This document shows, in pieces, positions 48,611 to 57,708 of a stretch of DNA of 64,000 nucleotides. The DNA comes from Trueperaceae bacterium (GTDB lineage: Bacteria; Deinococcota; Deinococci; Deinococcales; Trueperaceae). Under the pieces are notes generated by a model. The model saw nothing but the letters and a program-made list of their open reading frames with translations. It was not told the DNA's origin and searched no databases. The stretch is from NCBI GenBank assembly GCA_965213705.1, contig OZ243913.1, positions 416,001 through 480,000 of the forward strand, given 5' to 3'. Within the stretch, counting starts at the first letter, position 1, and each line of letters begins with the position of its first letter. Made by a program: the position numbers and the translations under genes.

Positions 48611-49788
48611 GGGTTTGCCTGCAGCGCTGCCGGGTCGTAGGCTCGAGCCACCACCCCGATAGGCAAGCACGAAAAGCCCGGCGGTGTGAAATCGAACCGG
48701 AACGTGCCCGTCTCGCCCTGCTCCACGGCGACTTGCCCGATGGCCGTGCCCAGGTTGTTCACGTCGAGCACGCCCAAATTGTCCTCGGGCAGTTTGAAGG
48801 TGCGGCCGTCCTCGAGTCGCACCGCCCCCGAAATCACGCAGCCGATGTTGACCACGTAAAAACGCACTATCTTGTCCGCGCCGGTCTCGTTCGTCACCGA
48901 GGCGTCGACGTGGTAGAGCATCCCGTAGTTGCCCCGGTTTTGCGCCTCCGCATCGGTCATTCCGTCCACGCCGAAAACCCAGTCCGTTCCCGGCGCGACC
49001 GTGAAACCTTGCTCTTCGTCGCTGTCGAAGGTCAAACCTACTTCGACGTTGCGCTCCGCCCCCGGAAAAGTACCGCGGCCCGCGCCTGTGGTGTTGGCGG
49101 GGATGTCCGGCAAACCTTCGACGCCTTCGGTCCCTTCGTCCAGCGCCACGACGAGGACTTCGACCGGGCCGCTCGTTTCCAGTTCGGCCTGCAACGTCGC
49201 GCCTTCGCGGCGTTCGACCAGGGTTTCGGGAAGCGTGGGCTCGAGCCACGCCCACGCACCGGGCTCTAGTATGAGTGGGTAAGGCTCGAGCGGGCTCAAA
49301 ACCTCGTAAGCCACCTCCTGCCCGCCGTAGCGCAGCCCGTAGCGACCCGCCTTGGCCGTGCCGAGCGCGGTCACAGTAACGCTGACCTCGTCTTTTCCAG
49401 GGTTTCTTACCGCCACGCCGAAGCGCTTCTTTGTTAAGTCGGCGTTAACGTGGTAAAAGTACACGCTGCCCGCGCCGTCCACCACACCCCGGTACAACAC
49501 ACCCTCGCCGGACACGTTCTCGGGCCGGTTGCTCATAACCTGCGTGCGGCCGAGCGGTGTAATTGTCGTTGCCACGGCCGCCGCCTCGAACTCTTTTTTG
49601 GTGTAGCGCCAACCCATCTCGATACTTTGGCCGAGTTCCAACGGCGGCGTGCCGAACACGGCATCCTCCAAAACAACTTTGTCCTGAGCTAAACCGAGTC
49701 CGCCGACGAGCAAGAAAACGATAAAACCGATACAGCGAGCGTGCTCCAACGTTCGATTTGTCCTTTCGAAAGCGTTACTCCTCTTCAC
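48607..49788 (-). CDS. Secreted hypothetical protein of unknown function
   Basis: Hydrophobic signal ending GLA-Q; SNRPE.V..EGVLYR..YHVN, RGTF, NRGNYGMLY motifs; coupled to the next gene. Confidence 0.7.
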   Translation of the reverse strand: MKRSNAFERTNRTLEHARCIGFIVFLLVGGLGLAQDKVVLEDAVFGTPPLELGQSIEMGWRYTKKEFEAAAVATTITPLGRTQVMSNRPENVSGEGVLYRGVVDGAGSVYFYHVNADLTKKRFGVAVRNPGKDEVSVTVTALGTAKAGRYGLRYGGQEVAYEVLSPLEPYPLILEPGAWAWLEPTLPETLVERREGATLQAELETSGPVEVLVVALDEGTEGVEGLPDIPANTTGAGRGTFPGAERNVEVGLTFDSDEEQGFTVAPGTDWVFGVDGMTDAEAQNRGNYGMLYHVDASVTNETGADKIVRFYVVNIGCVISGAVRLEDGRTFKLPEDNLGVLDVNNLGTAIGQVAVEQGETGTFRFDFTPPGFSCLPIGVVARAYDPAALQANP

Positions 49789-49809
49789 TTTTTCCTTTCT
49801 CCTTTTCCC

Positions 49810-50661
49810 TCAATAATTCCTATCCGTCACCGCCCGCGCCGTCGCCGCCACCGCACTTTCCGCGCCGTCGCGCCTCGCGAGGAGGGCGGCGAACAGGGCG
49901 TCGAGCAGCAGAAGTTGGCCCAGCTTGCTCGGAATCGAGCCGCCGGTCAGCGGTGACTCAGGAAGGGCGGTAAAGAGGGTGAAGTCGGCGACGGCCGCGG
50001 CGGGACTTTTGGCACGCTGGCTCACCGCGACGGTGGTGACGCCGCGCGCGTGCGCAAGTTCCAACGCCCGCACCGTGTCGATGGTCGAGCCCGAGCGCGA
50101 AATGCCTATCATCACTGCGTTCTTCGGCAGCGTGGCGGCGGCCATCGCGGCGAGGTGAGCGTCCTCCAACACGTTCACGTGGTAGCCGAGGCGCAAAAAC
50201 TTGTAGCCGAAGTCGCGCGCCGTGACCCCGGACGCGCCCGCGCCGAAAACGAGAATTTGGTCGGTGTTCAGCAGGGCCGTGACGACCCGCTCGAGCACCC
50301 CCAAGTCAAGCAGCGCCTTGGTTTCCTGAACGGCTTGCAGGGCGCTGGCGGTCACGCTTTCCAAAATGCTCGAGAGGTCGCCCGCATCACCTAAGGCTTC
50401 GGCGCGCGGACTCAGCGCTAAGTCGGCGGCGAGGGCGAGTTTGAAGTCCTGAAACCCTTTGAAGCCCAAGTCGCGGCACAGGCGAATCACGCTCGCCTCG
50501 CCCACCTTGCCAAGCTCGGCGAGTTCGGTGACCGACTGGTAGATGGTTTCTTCGGGAGCCTCGAGCACCACCTTTGCCAAGCGTTTCAGCGCGGGCGTGA
50601 GGTAGTCCAGGCCGGAGCGCAAACGGGCCAAGGCCCCGGTGGAGGGTGCTGTTTGGGTCAA
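49810..50661 (-). CDS. MurR/RpiR family transcriptional regulator
   Basis: Start moved to TTG overlapping the nanE stop; SVTELAE..VGEASVIRLCRDLGFKGFQDFK HTH; SIS domain FGAGAS, GISRSGST. Confidence 0.92.
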   Translation of the reverse strand: MTQTAPSTGALARLRSGLDYLTPALKRLAKVVLEAPEETIYQSVTELAELGKVGEASVIRLCRDLGFKGFQDFKLALAADLALSPRAEALGDAGDLSSILESVTASALQAVQETKALLDLGVLERVVTALLNTDQILVFGAGASGVTARDFGYKFLRLGYHVNVLEDAHLAAMAAATLPKNAVMIGISRSGSTIDTVRALELAHARGVTTVAVSQRAKSPAAAVADFTLFTALPESPLTGGSIPSKLGQLLLLDALFAALLARRDGAESAVAATARAVTDRNY

Positions 50662-51329
50662 GGCGCTGTGGCTTGAAGGTTCAGGGCGTCCCGAAACCAG
50701 CCCGTCACCACCTCGGGCCGGGTGATGGCGCTGCCCACGACGACGGCGTGAGCCCCGCGCTCGAGCGCTTGCCTCGCTTCTTCCGGGTTGCGAATGCGTC
50801 CCTCGGCGATGGGCCGAATCCCGAGCGCCGCGAGGTCGCTGATGATTTTCAAGTCGGGACCGTCTTGCTGCGGCGAATAACTCGTGTAGCCCGAGAGCGT
50901 GGTGCTGACATAGTCCGCCCCGGCCTCGAGCGCCCAAACCGCTTCCTGCACGGTCGACACGTCGGCCAGCGCGAGTTTCGAACATCCGTGAACGGCGTCG
51001 ACAAGCTCCTTGACCGTCACGGGCCGTTTCCGCGTGGTGGCGTCGAAAGCGATGATGTCCGCGCCCGCCGCGGCGACTGCCGCAACGTCGTCGAAGTGCG
51101 GCGTGATGTAGATGTCGCCAAACTCGCCACTGCGCCGTTTGGTCAGGCCGATGATGGGTACGTTTTGCTCTGAACGCACCGCGCGGATGTTGGCGGCACC
51201 CTCGAGCCGCAACGCCGACGCCCCGCCGCGCACCGCGGCCTCGGCGAAGGCGGCGATAAACTCCGGCTTGCCGAACGGGCTGCCGGGGTCGGCTTGGCAA
51301 GAGACGACCAGCGCCCCCCCATCAATCAT
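50658..51329 (-). CDS. nanE: N-acetylmannosamine-6-phosphate 2-epimerase
   Basis: LVVSCQA, PIIGLTKR, IYITP, IIAFDAT, TTLSGYT, IAEGRI, VVGSAITRP. Confidence 0.95.
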   Translation of the reverse strand: MIDGGALVVSCQADPGSPFGKPEFIAAFAEAAVRGGASALRLEGAANIRAVRSEQNVPIIGLTKRRSGEFGDIYITPHFDDVAAVAAAGADIIAFDATTRKRPVTVKELVDAVHGCSKLALADVSTVQEAVWALEAGADYVSTTLSGYTSYSPQQDGPDLKIISDLAALGIRPIAEGRIRNPEEARQALERGAHAVVVGSAITRPEVVTGWFRDALNLQATAP

Positions 51330-51339
51330 CTCTCCACCC

Positions 51340-52212
51340 TCATCCCTTGACCGACCCGGCCAAACCCTCGATAAAGTAGCGCTGCAACAGCAAAAAGATG
51401 AGGATGACCGGGATAATCGAAATCACCGTCGCCGCCGCCACGTTGCCGAAACTCAAAGACAACTCGCCGGTCGTCAACCTCGCAATCGCCACCGAGAGTG
51501 GGAACTTGTCGGTGTCTTTTAGTACAATCAGCGGCCACTGGTAGATGTTCCAAAACGCCACGAACTCCAAAATCGTCACGGTGAGCAGGGCGGGCCGCAC
51601 CAGGGGCAGCATGATTCGCCACCACAGCACGAACTCGTTGGCCCCGTCGATGCGCCCGGCGTCCTCCAACTCCTGCGGCACCGACACGAACGCCTGCCGA
51701 ATCAAAAACACGTTGAACACCGTGACCGCGTTCGGCAGCACCACGCCGGTAAAGGTATTGGCGAGGTTCATCTTCACGAGCGTGAGGTAGTTCACCACGA
51801 TGTTGAGCGTCGTCGGCAAGACAAGCGTCGAGACGATGAGGAAAAAGATGATGTCGCGCCCCGGAAAGCGAATCCGCGCCAGCGCGTAACCCGACATCGA
51901 GGCCAGAACGAGGTTGGCGAGCACGCCCCAGGAGGTAATCACAAACGTGTTCCACAAAAAGCGCGGCATGTTCTGCGTTTGCCACACGGTGACAAAACTG
52001 CCGAAGTTGACCGGTTTGGGCAGCAGTTGCGGCGGGTAACTCAGCAAGTTCTGCCCGCTCTTGAGCGAGGTCGAGAGCAGCCACAAAAACGGCCCGATGG
52101 CGACCAAGGCGAAGATTATCAGCAGCGTGTAGAGAAGCAGCATTACCAGCAGACGTTTTACGTTGAACGGCCGGGCTCGAGCTTTCGTCGAAGCTTTCGT
52201 AACGGCCGCCAT
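51340..52212 (-). CDS. Carbohydrate ABC permease (MalG-like)
   Basis: Start moved to MAAVTKAS; ELEDAGRIDGA, LLQRYFIEGL. Confidence 0.92.
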   Translation of the reverse strand: MAAVTKASTKARARPFNVKRLLVMLLLYTLLIIFALVAIGPFLWLLSTSLKSGQNLLSYPPQLLPKPVNFGSFVTVWQTQNMPRFLWNTFVITSWGVLANLVLASMSGYALARIRFPGRDIIFFLIVSTLVLPTTLNIVVNYLTLVKMNLANTFTGVVLPNAVTVFNVFLIRQAFVSVPQELEDAGRIDGANEFVLWWRIMLPLVRPALLTVTILEFVAFWNIYQWPLIVLKDTDKFPLSVAIARLTTGELSLSFGNVAAATVISIIPVILIFLLLQRYFIEGLAGSVKG

Positions 52213-53183
52213 CAGTAGTAGTTCAATCCGCCGCGCCGGTTGAAAATGAACACGCCTACAGACGCTATCAAGACCACAATCCCGAGCGCGATGCCGACCG
52301 CCGCCGCGTAGCCGAACTCGAACTGGCTGAAACCGGTTTTGTAAAGGTAAACGTTCGCCGTCAGCGTCGAGTTGATGGGGCCGCCCGCCGTCATCACCCA
52401 AACCTCGTCGAAAACGCGCAACGCGGCAATGGTCGAGAGGAGGCTGCACAGCAGCACGTAGGGCCGCAGCAGCGGAATCGTCACAAACCACAGCACCCCC
52501 GCCGGACCCGCCCCGTCGATGCGCGCCGCCTCGCCGAGTTCGCTCGGGATACTCTGCAAACCCGCTAAGTAAATCACCATGTAGTAGCCCAGCCCTTTCC
52601 ACAGCGTCACCGCCATGAGCGACCACAGCGCAATGCGTGGGTCGGTCAAAAAGCCTATCGGGTCGAGCGGATGAACCAGGCCGAGCGAGGCCAGCGCGCC
52701 GTTCAAGAGACCCCGGCTTTGAAACAGCCACTTCCAGGTAATCGCCACCGCCACCATCGAGGTGACGACCGGGATGTAGTAGAGCGTGCGGAAAACGCCA
52801 CGTCCGGGGATTTTTTGGTTGACGAGCACGGCTAGAACAATCGACAAAATTTGCAGCGGCGGCACGACCAGAAGGTACAGTAGTGAGTTTTTCATCGCCG
52901 TCCAAAAGTTGCTGTCTCTCATAAGTCGTTGAAAGTGCTCGAGGCCCACGAACGTCGGCTGCAAGGTGAGCGAAATGTCGAAAAACGCGAGCGGGATGCT
53001 CAAAAAAATAGGAAAGATGACGAACACCAGAAAAATAATCAACGTTGGCAGCACGAACAAAAAGCCGAACAGCGCGCGGTTCCGTTTCGAGCGGTTGCGG
53101 CTTGCGGGGATTGCGATGGTTGCGGTTTGCGCAGGAGCGGCCAAGACGGGGCCTCCTTGTGTTTTGGGGTGGGCAAAACTCAC
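52212..53183 (-). CDS. Carbohydrate ABC permease (MalF-like)
   Basis: WKGLGYYMVIYLAGLQSIP..EAARIDGA, GGP, FGYAAA. Confidence 0.92.
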   Translation of the reverse strand: MSFAHPKTQGGPVLAAPAQTATIAIPASRNRSKRNRALFGFLFVLPTLIIFLVFVIFPIFLSIPLAFFDISLTLQPTFVGLEHFQRLMRDSNFWTAMKNSLLYLLVVPPLQILSIVLAVLVNQKIPGRGVFRTLYYIPVVTSMVAVAITWKWLFQSRGLLNGALASLGLVHPLDPIGFLTDPRIALWSLMAVTLWKGLGYYMVIYLAGLQSIPSELGEAARIDGAGPAGVLWFVTIPLLRPYVLLCSLLSTIAALRVFDEVWVMTAGGPINSTLTANVYLYKTGFSQFEFGYAAAVGIALGIVVLIASVGVFIFNRRGGLNYY

Positions 53184-53211
53184 ACCTACGAGCGTGACGA
53201 CCTTTTGTCAG

Positions 53212-53263
53212 GTAGAGGGGTAGGGAAGAAAAAGCTTCCGACTTTACTTCCCTACCCCTCTAC
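53212..53263. repeat. Perfect 17-bp inverted repeat between the SBP and permease genes
   Basis: gtagaggggtagggaag-N18-cttccctacccctctac. Confidence 0.8.
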
Positions 53264-53300
53264 TCCCCTACTTCTTTCTCTTCGCTTTCTGCGTGACGAC

Positions 53301-54524
53301 TTACTCTTTGGCTAAAACGCTCACCGCGGTGGCGGCGTCTTCCAGGGCTTGCTCGGCCGTTTTTTGCCCGATCATGGCCTCGCCGAAAGCCTTGCGGATT
53401 TCGTCCTTGATGTCCTGGCGCACCTGGTTGTCGAAGCTGCGGTCGATGGACTGCGCTTGGATACAGCGCGCCCGGCCCTCCAAGGACTCCTGGTCGCTGC
53501 AGAAAAACTCGTCGCCGGCGGCCTCAACGGTCGAGGGGAAAATCGATACGAGTTTGGCAAACGCGAGCTGGTTGGCGTCGTTGGTGACGAAGTTGGCGAG
53601 TTCGATGGCTAAGTCGACGTTGTCGCTCGCCGCGGGCACGACCATGTTCTGAATCGCATTAGGGATGATGCCGGTCGCGGTTTGCGGGTAGGGCGCTAGG
53701 CCTAAGTTCGCGTAAACGTCGGGGCCATCGGACTCGACCGTGCGCAAAAACTGCGGCCCGGTCACAAGCATGGCGGCCTGGCCGCCCGCGAAGTCGCCGA
53801 TGGCTTTTTGGTAGTCGAAGTTGATGGCGTCTTGGCTCACCGCGCGGTTTTCAACTGCGTCCACGTACGTTTGCAGCGCGGCGACGCCTTCGGGGGTATT
53901 AAAGGCGGGCTCAGTGCCGTCTTCGCTCAGGATGTCCACGCCGTTTTGCACGAGCCAGTCTTCGGGAAAGGGCAGCGGCGCGATGCCTTCTAAAAAAGTC
54001 GCCTCACGAATGGTTTGCGCCAGTTGAATAGCCTCTTCGTAAGTGGTGGGTGCGCTTTCGGAGTCCAGCCCGGCTTGTTCGAAGATGCCCTTGTTGTACA
54101 TGAGAATCGTCGGAGCCTGATACCAGGGGAAGGCGTACACGCTGCCACCTACCGAACTCGAGTCCAGCAAGCTCGGGAAGTAAATCGACAGCTGCTCGGG
54201 CGTGGCGTTCTCACTCAAATTCACGAGCGCGTCTTCTTTCACAGCCAAACGCATCCTCGAGGTGTTCAAGTTCACCACGTCGGGCGCTTGGCCCGCCGCG
54301 ATGGACGCGAAAAACTTGTCCGGAAAGCCGCCGTCGGGCAGGTCGACCCAGTTCACAGTGACGCCGGGGTGGTCGGCTTCAAACTCGGCGACGACCCCGT
54401 TGATGTAGTCGTCAAACGTCGGGGACAGCGCCAGGGTCCACATCTCGAGTTCCTGGGCGACGGCGCTGGACAGGGCGAACAGCGCCAGCAGGGGCAACAA
54501 AAGCGTCAAAAAACGTTTTTTCAT
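53301..54524 (-). CDS. Sugar ABC substrate-binding protein (family 1)
   Basis: Signal peptide AVA-Q; WTLALSPTFDDYI, APDVVNLN, YAFPWY, NQLAFAK..IFPS. Confidence 0.92.
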   Translation of the reverse strand: MKKRFLTLLLPLLALFALSSAVAQELEMWTLALSPTFDDYINGVVAEFEADHPGVTVNWVDLPDGGFPDKFFASIAAGQAPDVVNLNTSRMRLAVKEDALVNLSENATPEQLSIYFPSLLDSSSVGGSVYAFPWYQAPTILMYNKGIFEQAGLDSESAPTTYEEAIQLAQTIREATFLEGIAPLPFPEDWLVQNGVDILSEDGTEPAFNTPEGVAALQTYVDAVENRAVSQDAINFDYQKAIGDFAGGQAAMLVTGPQFLRTVESDGPDVYANLGLAPYPQTATGIIPNAIQNMVVPAASDNVDLAIELANFVTNDANQLAFAKLVSIFPSTVEAAGDEFFCSDQESLEGRARCIQAQSIDRSFDNQVRQDIKDEIRKAFGEAMIGQKTAEQALEDAATAVSVLAKE

Positions 54525-54603
54525 AATCCTCCCGTGACAACCTATACGACAAGTGGCCCCTAAGGGTTAGGAGCTTGGAAAGCTGAGGTTGTCCTTCGTG
54601 TTC

Positions 54604-54660
54604 AGTATGACTTTTGGAGTAATGTTTTGTCAAGGGAAAGAATTTTGGAGTATTCCTTCA
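54604..54660. promoter_or_regulatory. Divergent promoter region with duplicated TTTTGGAGTA (candidate RpiR operators)
   Basis: Copies at 54612 and 54643, 31 bp apart; minus-strand TTGACA at 54628-54633. Confidence 0.45.
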
Positions 54661-54773
54661 TTAAGGTTTGTAGCTTGTGGGTTGTAGGTTGTGGGAAAAT
54701 CAAAACCTATAGGCTACAAACTACAGGCTGCCGAAACGGGGTAGGCTGGGTGTCGGCAGAAGTGAGGTGAGAC

Positions 54774-55799
54774 GTGAAACGAGTGGGCATCGTCGGGGCG
54801 GGGTTGATGGGCAACTGGCACGCGGAGAGGTGGCGGGGGTTGCCCGTAGAACTGGCCGGGTTTTACAACCGCTCTCGTCCCGCTGCGGAGGCTTCGGTAG
54901 CGCGCTTCGGGGGCGAGGTGTTCGGGACGCTCGAGGCCCTCGTCGACTCGGTCGACATCGTCGACGTGTGTACCCCGACCCCGGCCCACAAAGAGGGTGT
55001 GCTGGCCGCAGCGGAAGCAGGCAAGCCGGTGGTTTGTGAAAAACCCCTGGCCCGGCACCTGAGCGACGCAGCAGAGATGGTCGCGGCGTGCGAGGCGGCG
55101 GGCGTGCCGCTGTTCGTCGGACACGTGGTGCGCTTTTTCCCGCAGTACGTGGCGGCTAAAAAAGCGCTGGACCGCGGTGACTTGGGCGAGCCCGGCGTCA
55201 TCCGACTCGTGCGGGCGGGCGTGTTTCCGCGCGCGACGCCCGACACCTGGTACAACAGCTTCGAGCAGGGCGGCGGCGTGGTGATGGACTTGTCCATCCA
55301 CGACCTCGACTTCGCTAGGTGGTGTTTCGGTTCGGTCGAACGGGTGTTCGCGCGCGGCCTCACCTTTACGGGCAAAAGTATGCTCGACCACGCGCTCGTC
55401 GCGCTACGCTTCAAAAACGGCGCGCTGGGACACGTCGAAGGAAGTTGGGCCTCGCCGCCGAGCGTGTTCCGCACCGCGCTGGAAATTGCCGGAACCGGGG
55501 GCATTGTCGAGTGGGACGCCACGGACCCCGCCCCGCTGCAAGCCTCACTCAAGGTCACCGACGAGGCCGAGCAAAAAGTTCCCCAGAGCGCCGACAACCC
55601 GCTCGCCCCCGCGGATGACCCGTACCGGCAGGAACTCGAGCACTTCTTACACGTCCTCGAGCACGGCGGACGTTTCCGCGTCACCCCGCAAGACGCGCTC
55701 GCCGCCCTCAAACTATCCCTCGCCACGATAGAGTCGTTGCGCTCCGGCCGTCCGGTCGCCCTCGCCGACTTTGCAGAAACGAAAGAGGTGCGCGCGTGA
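54774..55799 (+). CDS. Gfo/Idh/MocA family oxidoreductase
   Basis: VGIVGAGLMG, VCEKPLA, GGGVVMDLSIHDLD. Confidence 0.93.
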   Translation: MKRVGIVGAGLMGNWHAERWRGLPVELAGFYNRSRPAAEASVARFGGEVFGTLEALVDSVDIVDVCTPTPAHKEGVLAAAEAGKPVVCEKPLARHLSDAAEMVAACEAAGVPLFVGHVVRFFPQYVAAKKALDRGDLGEPGVIRLVRAGVFPRATPDTWYNSFEQGGGVVMDLSIHDLDFARWCFGSVERVFARGLTFTGKSMLDHALVALRFKNGALGHVEGSWASPPSVFRTALEIAGTGGIVEWDATDPAPLQASLKVTDEAEQKVPQSADNPLAPADDPYRQELEHFLHVLEHGGRFRVTPQDALAALKLSLATIESLRSGRPVALADFAETKEVRA

Positions 55800-56794
55800 G
55801 GGTCGGGATGCTGAGCTTCGCCCACATGCACGCCCACAGCTACGCCGCCGCGCTGCTCAAGCTGCCGGACGTGGCGCTGGCAGGAATTTACGACGCGGAC
55901 GGGGCTCGAGGCCAAGCTGCTGCCGACCGCCACAGAACGAAATTTTTTGCTGACCTCGAGGCCCTTTTAGGTATGAACTTGGACGGCGTCGTCGTCTGCT
56001 CCGAAAACGTCCACCACCGCGCGTTGGTCGAACGCGCCGCTGAAAAAGTGCCCTACATCCTCTGCGAAAAACCGTTGGCGACGACCCTTGAAGACGCTTC
56101 CGCCATGATAGAAACCTGCGCCGAGCACGGGACCAAGTTGCAAACTGCCTTCCCGGTACGCTTCGCGCCGCCGGTTCAGAGCCTCAAAAAGATGCTGGAC
56201 GCGGGTGCGCTTGGCAAAGTCATCAGCGCCGTTTGCACCAACCACGGACGGATGCCGGGGGGTTGGTTTGTGGACAAAAGTTTGGCGGGCGGCGGCGCGG
56301 TCATGGACCACACGGTTCACGTCGCCGACCTGCTGCGCTGGTTTTGGGGCACCGAAATCAGCGAGGTCTACGCCGAAGTCGGCCACAGCCTGCTGCACCC
56401 CGACACCGACATCGACGACGCCGGACTGTTGTCGTTCACGCTTCAAAACGGCGTCTACGGCACCCTCGACACGAGTTGGTCGCGGCCTGCAAACTATCCC
56501 GTCTGGGGCGACGTGAAGCTCGAGCTTTTGGGTGAAAAAGGCCTGGTCCGCGTCGACGTGTTTCGGCAACATCTCACCCTGACCTCCCTAAAAAGCGGAA
56601 CGCAGTACCTGAATTGGGGTAGCGACGCCGACCTCGGCCTTATTAAAGACTTCGTCGAAACCATGCGTCACGACCGCACGCCCTCGATTACCGGCGAGGA
56701 CGGCCTGAGGGCGCTCGAGGTCGCGCTGGCGGCCTACGAGTCGGCAAAGACGGGTGAGGTCGTCGAGTTGGGAAGTAGGAAAGCAGGGAAGTAG
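55796..56794 (+). CDS. Gfo/Idh/MocA family oxidoreductase
   Basis: LSFAHMHA.SY, LCEKPLA, GGGAVMDHTVHVAD. Confidence 0.93.
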   Translation: MRVGMLSFAHMHAHSYAAALLKLPDVALAGIYDADGARGQAAADRHRTKFFADLEALLGMNLDGVVVCSENVHHRALVERAAEKVPYILCEKPLATTLEDASAMIETCAEHGTKLQTAFPVRFAPPVQSLKKMLDAGALGKVISAVCTNHGRMPGGWFVDKSLAGGGAVMDHTVHVADLLRWFWGTEISEVYAEVGHSLLHPDTDIDDAGLLSFTLQNGVYGTLDTSWSRPANYPVWGDVKLELLGEKGLVRVDVFRQHLTLTSLKSGTQYLNWGSDADLGLIKDFVETMRHDRTPSITGEDGLRALEVALAAYESAKTGEVVELGSRKAGK

Positions 56795-56859
56795 ACCGAC
56801 ACCACTTTTCACTTTCTACTCGGTACTTTTCAGCAGATAGTTTTGAAAGGATTGTAAAC

Positions 56860-57708
56860 ATGGCAACTCCCCTCCGAATAGGCGTCTCGAGCTATTCCTA
56901 CTGGCACTTCACGCCCGAGAAGGTGCCACTCGAGTTTGTGATTGACCGGGCACACAGTCTTGGGCTGTTCGGGGTCGAAATCCTGCAGGAGCAGTTGGAG
57001 AGCGAGGACAACGGCTACTTGCAACAGCTCAAACGCCACGCGTTTCGCAAGGGCGTCGCGCTGTACAACCTCGGCACGTCGCAGAGTTTCGTGTGGGACG
57101 GAGTTGACAAGCGCCGCGAAAACGTCGAACACACCAAGCGCTGCATCGACCTGGCCCACGCGCTCGGCGTGCCGTCCATCCGCGTCAACGCAGGCACCTG
57201 GCGGCGGGAGGGCTCGGGCAGCTTGCAGGACACGCGCGGTTGGAGCGAACCCTGGCCGGGCGCAACACAAGACGACGGTTTCGACTGGGCTATCGAAGGC
57301 TTGCGCGCTTGCGTAGAGCACGCCGAACAGCGGGGGGTGATGCTTCTTTTGGAAAACCATTGGGGCCTCACCACCACCGCCGCCGGGATGTTGCGGGTGC
57401 TGGAGGGTGTAAACTCCCCGTGGCTCCGCGCCATTCTCGACATGGGCAATTTTTATTATGATGGCGACATGTACACGGCGATGGAAAAAGTCGCGCCCTG
57501 GGTCGATTTAGCCCACGCTAAGACTTACCCCGGCGGTGGCTTAGTATTCACCATTCCCATCGACTTCGAGCGGGTGTTTCGGATGTTGAAGGCGGCGAAT
57601 TTTACGGGTTATGTGTCTATCGAGATGGAAGGCCGTGAGAGTGCTGAGACGGCGGTGCCGAAGAGTATTGAAACGTTACAGAAAGCTTGGAAAGATGCCT
57701 CGAGCTAG
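56860..57708 (+). CDS. Sugar phosphate isomerase/epimerase (AP-endonuclease-2 TIM barrel)
   Basis: GVEIL, LLLENHWG, LDMGNF, HAKTY, GYVSIEMEG metal ligands. Confidence 0.9.
   Translation: MATPLRIGVSSYSYWHFTPEKVPLEFVIDRAHSLGLFGVEILQEQLESEDNGYLQQLKRHAFRKGVALYNLGTSQSFVWDGVDKRRENVEHTKRCIDLAHALGVPSIRVNAGTWRREGSGSLQDTRGWSEPWPGATQDDGFDWAIEGLRACVEHAEQRGVMLLLENHWGLTTTAAGMLRVLEGVNSPWLRAILDMGNFYYDGDMYTAMEKVAPWVDLAHAKTYPGGGLVFTIPIDFERVFRMLKAANFTGYVSIEMEGRESAETAVPKSIETLQKAWKDASS

Noticed and set aside
47114..52905. Long N-terminal extensions of listed ORFs 47114-49255, 49810-51300 and 51340-52905 as fusions
   Set aside because: The extensions are Arg-rich off-frame readings of upstream genes; coupled starts exist at 48610, 50661 and 52212.
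36181..56830. GTACCGA repeats as a mini-CRISPR or IS ends
   Set aside because: 7-nt periodic units, no unique spacers, no transposase and no target-site duplication seen.
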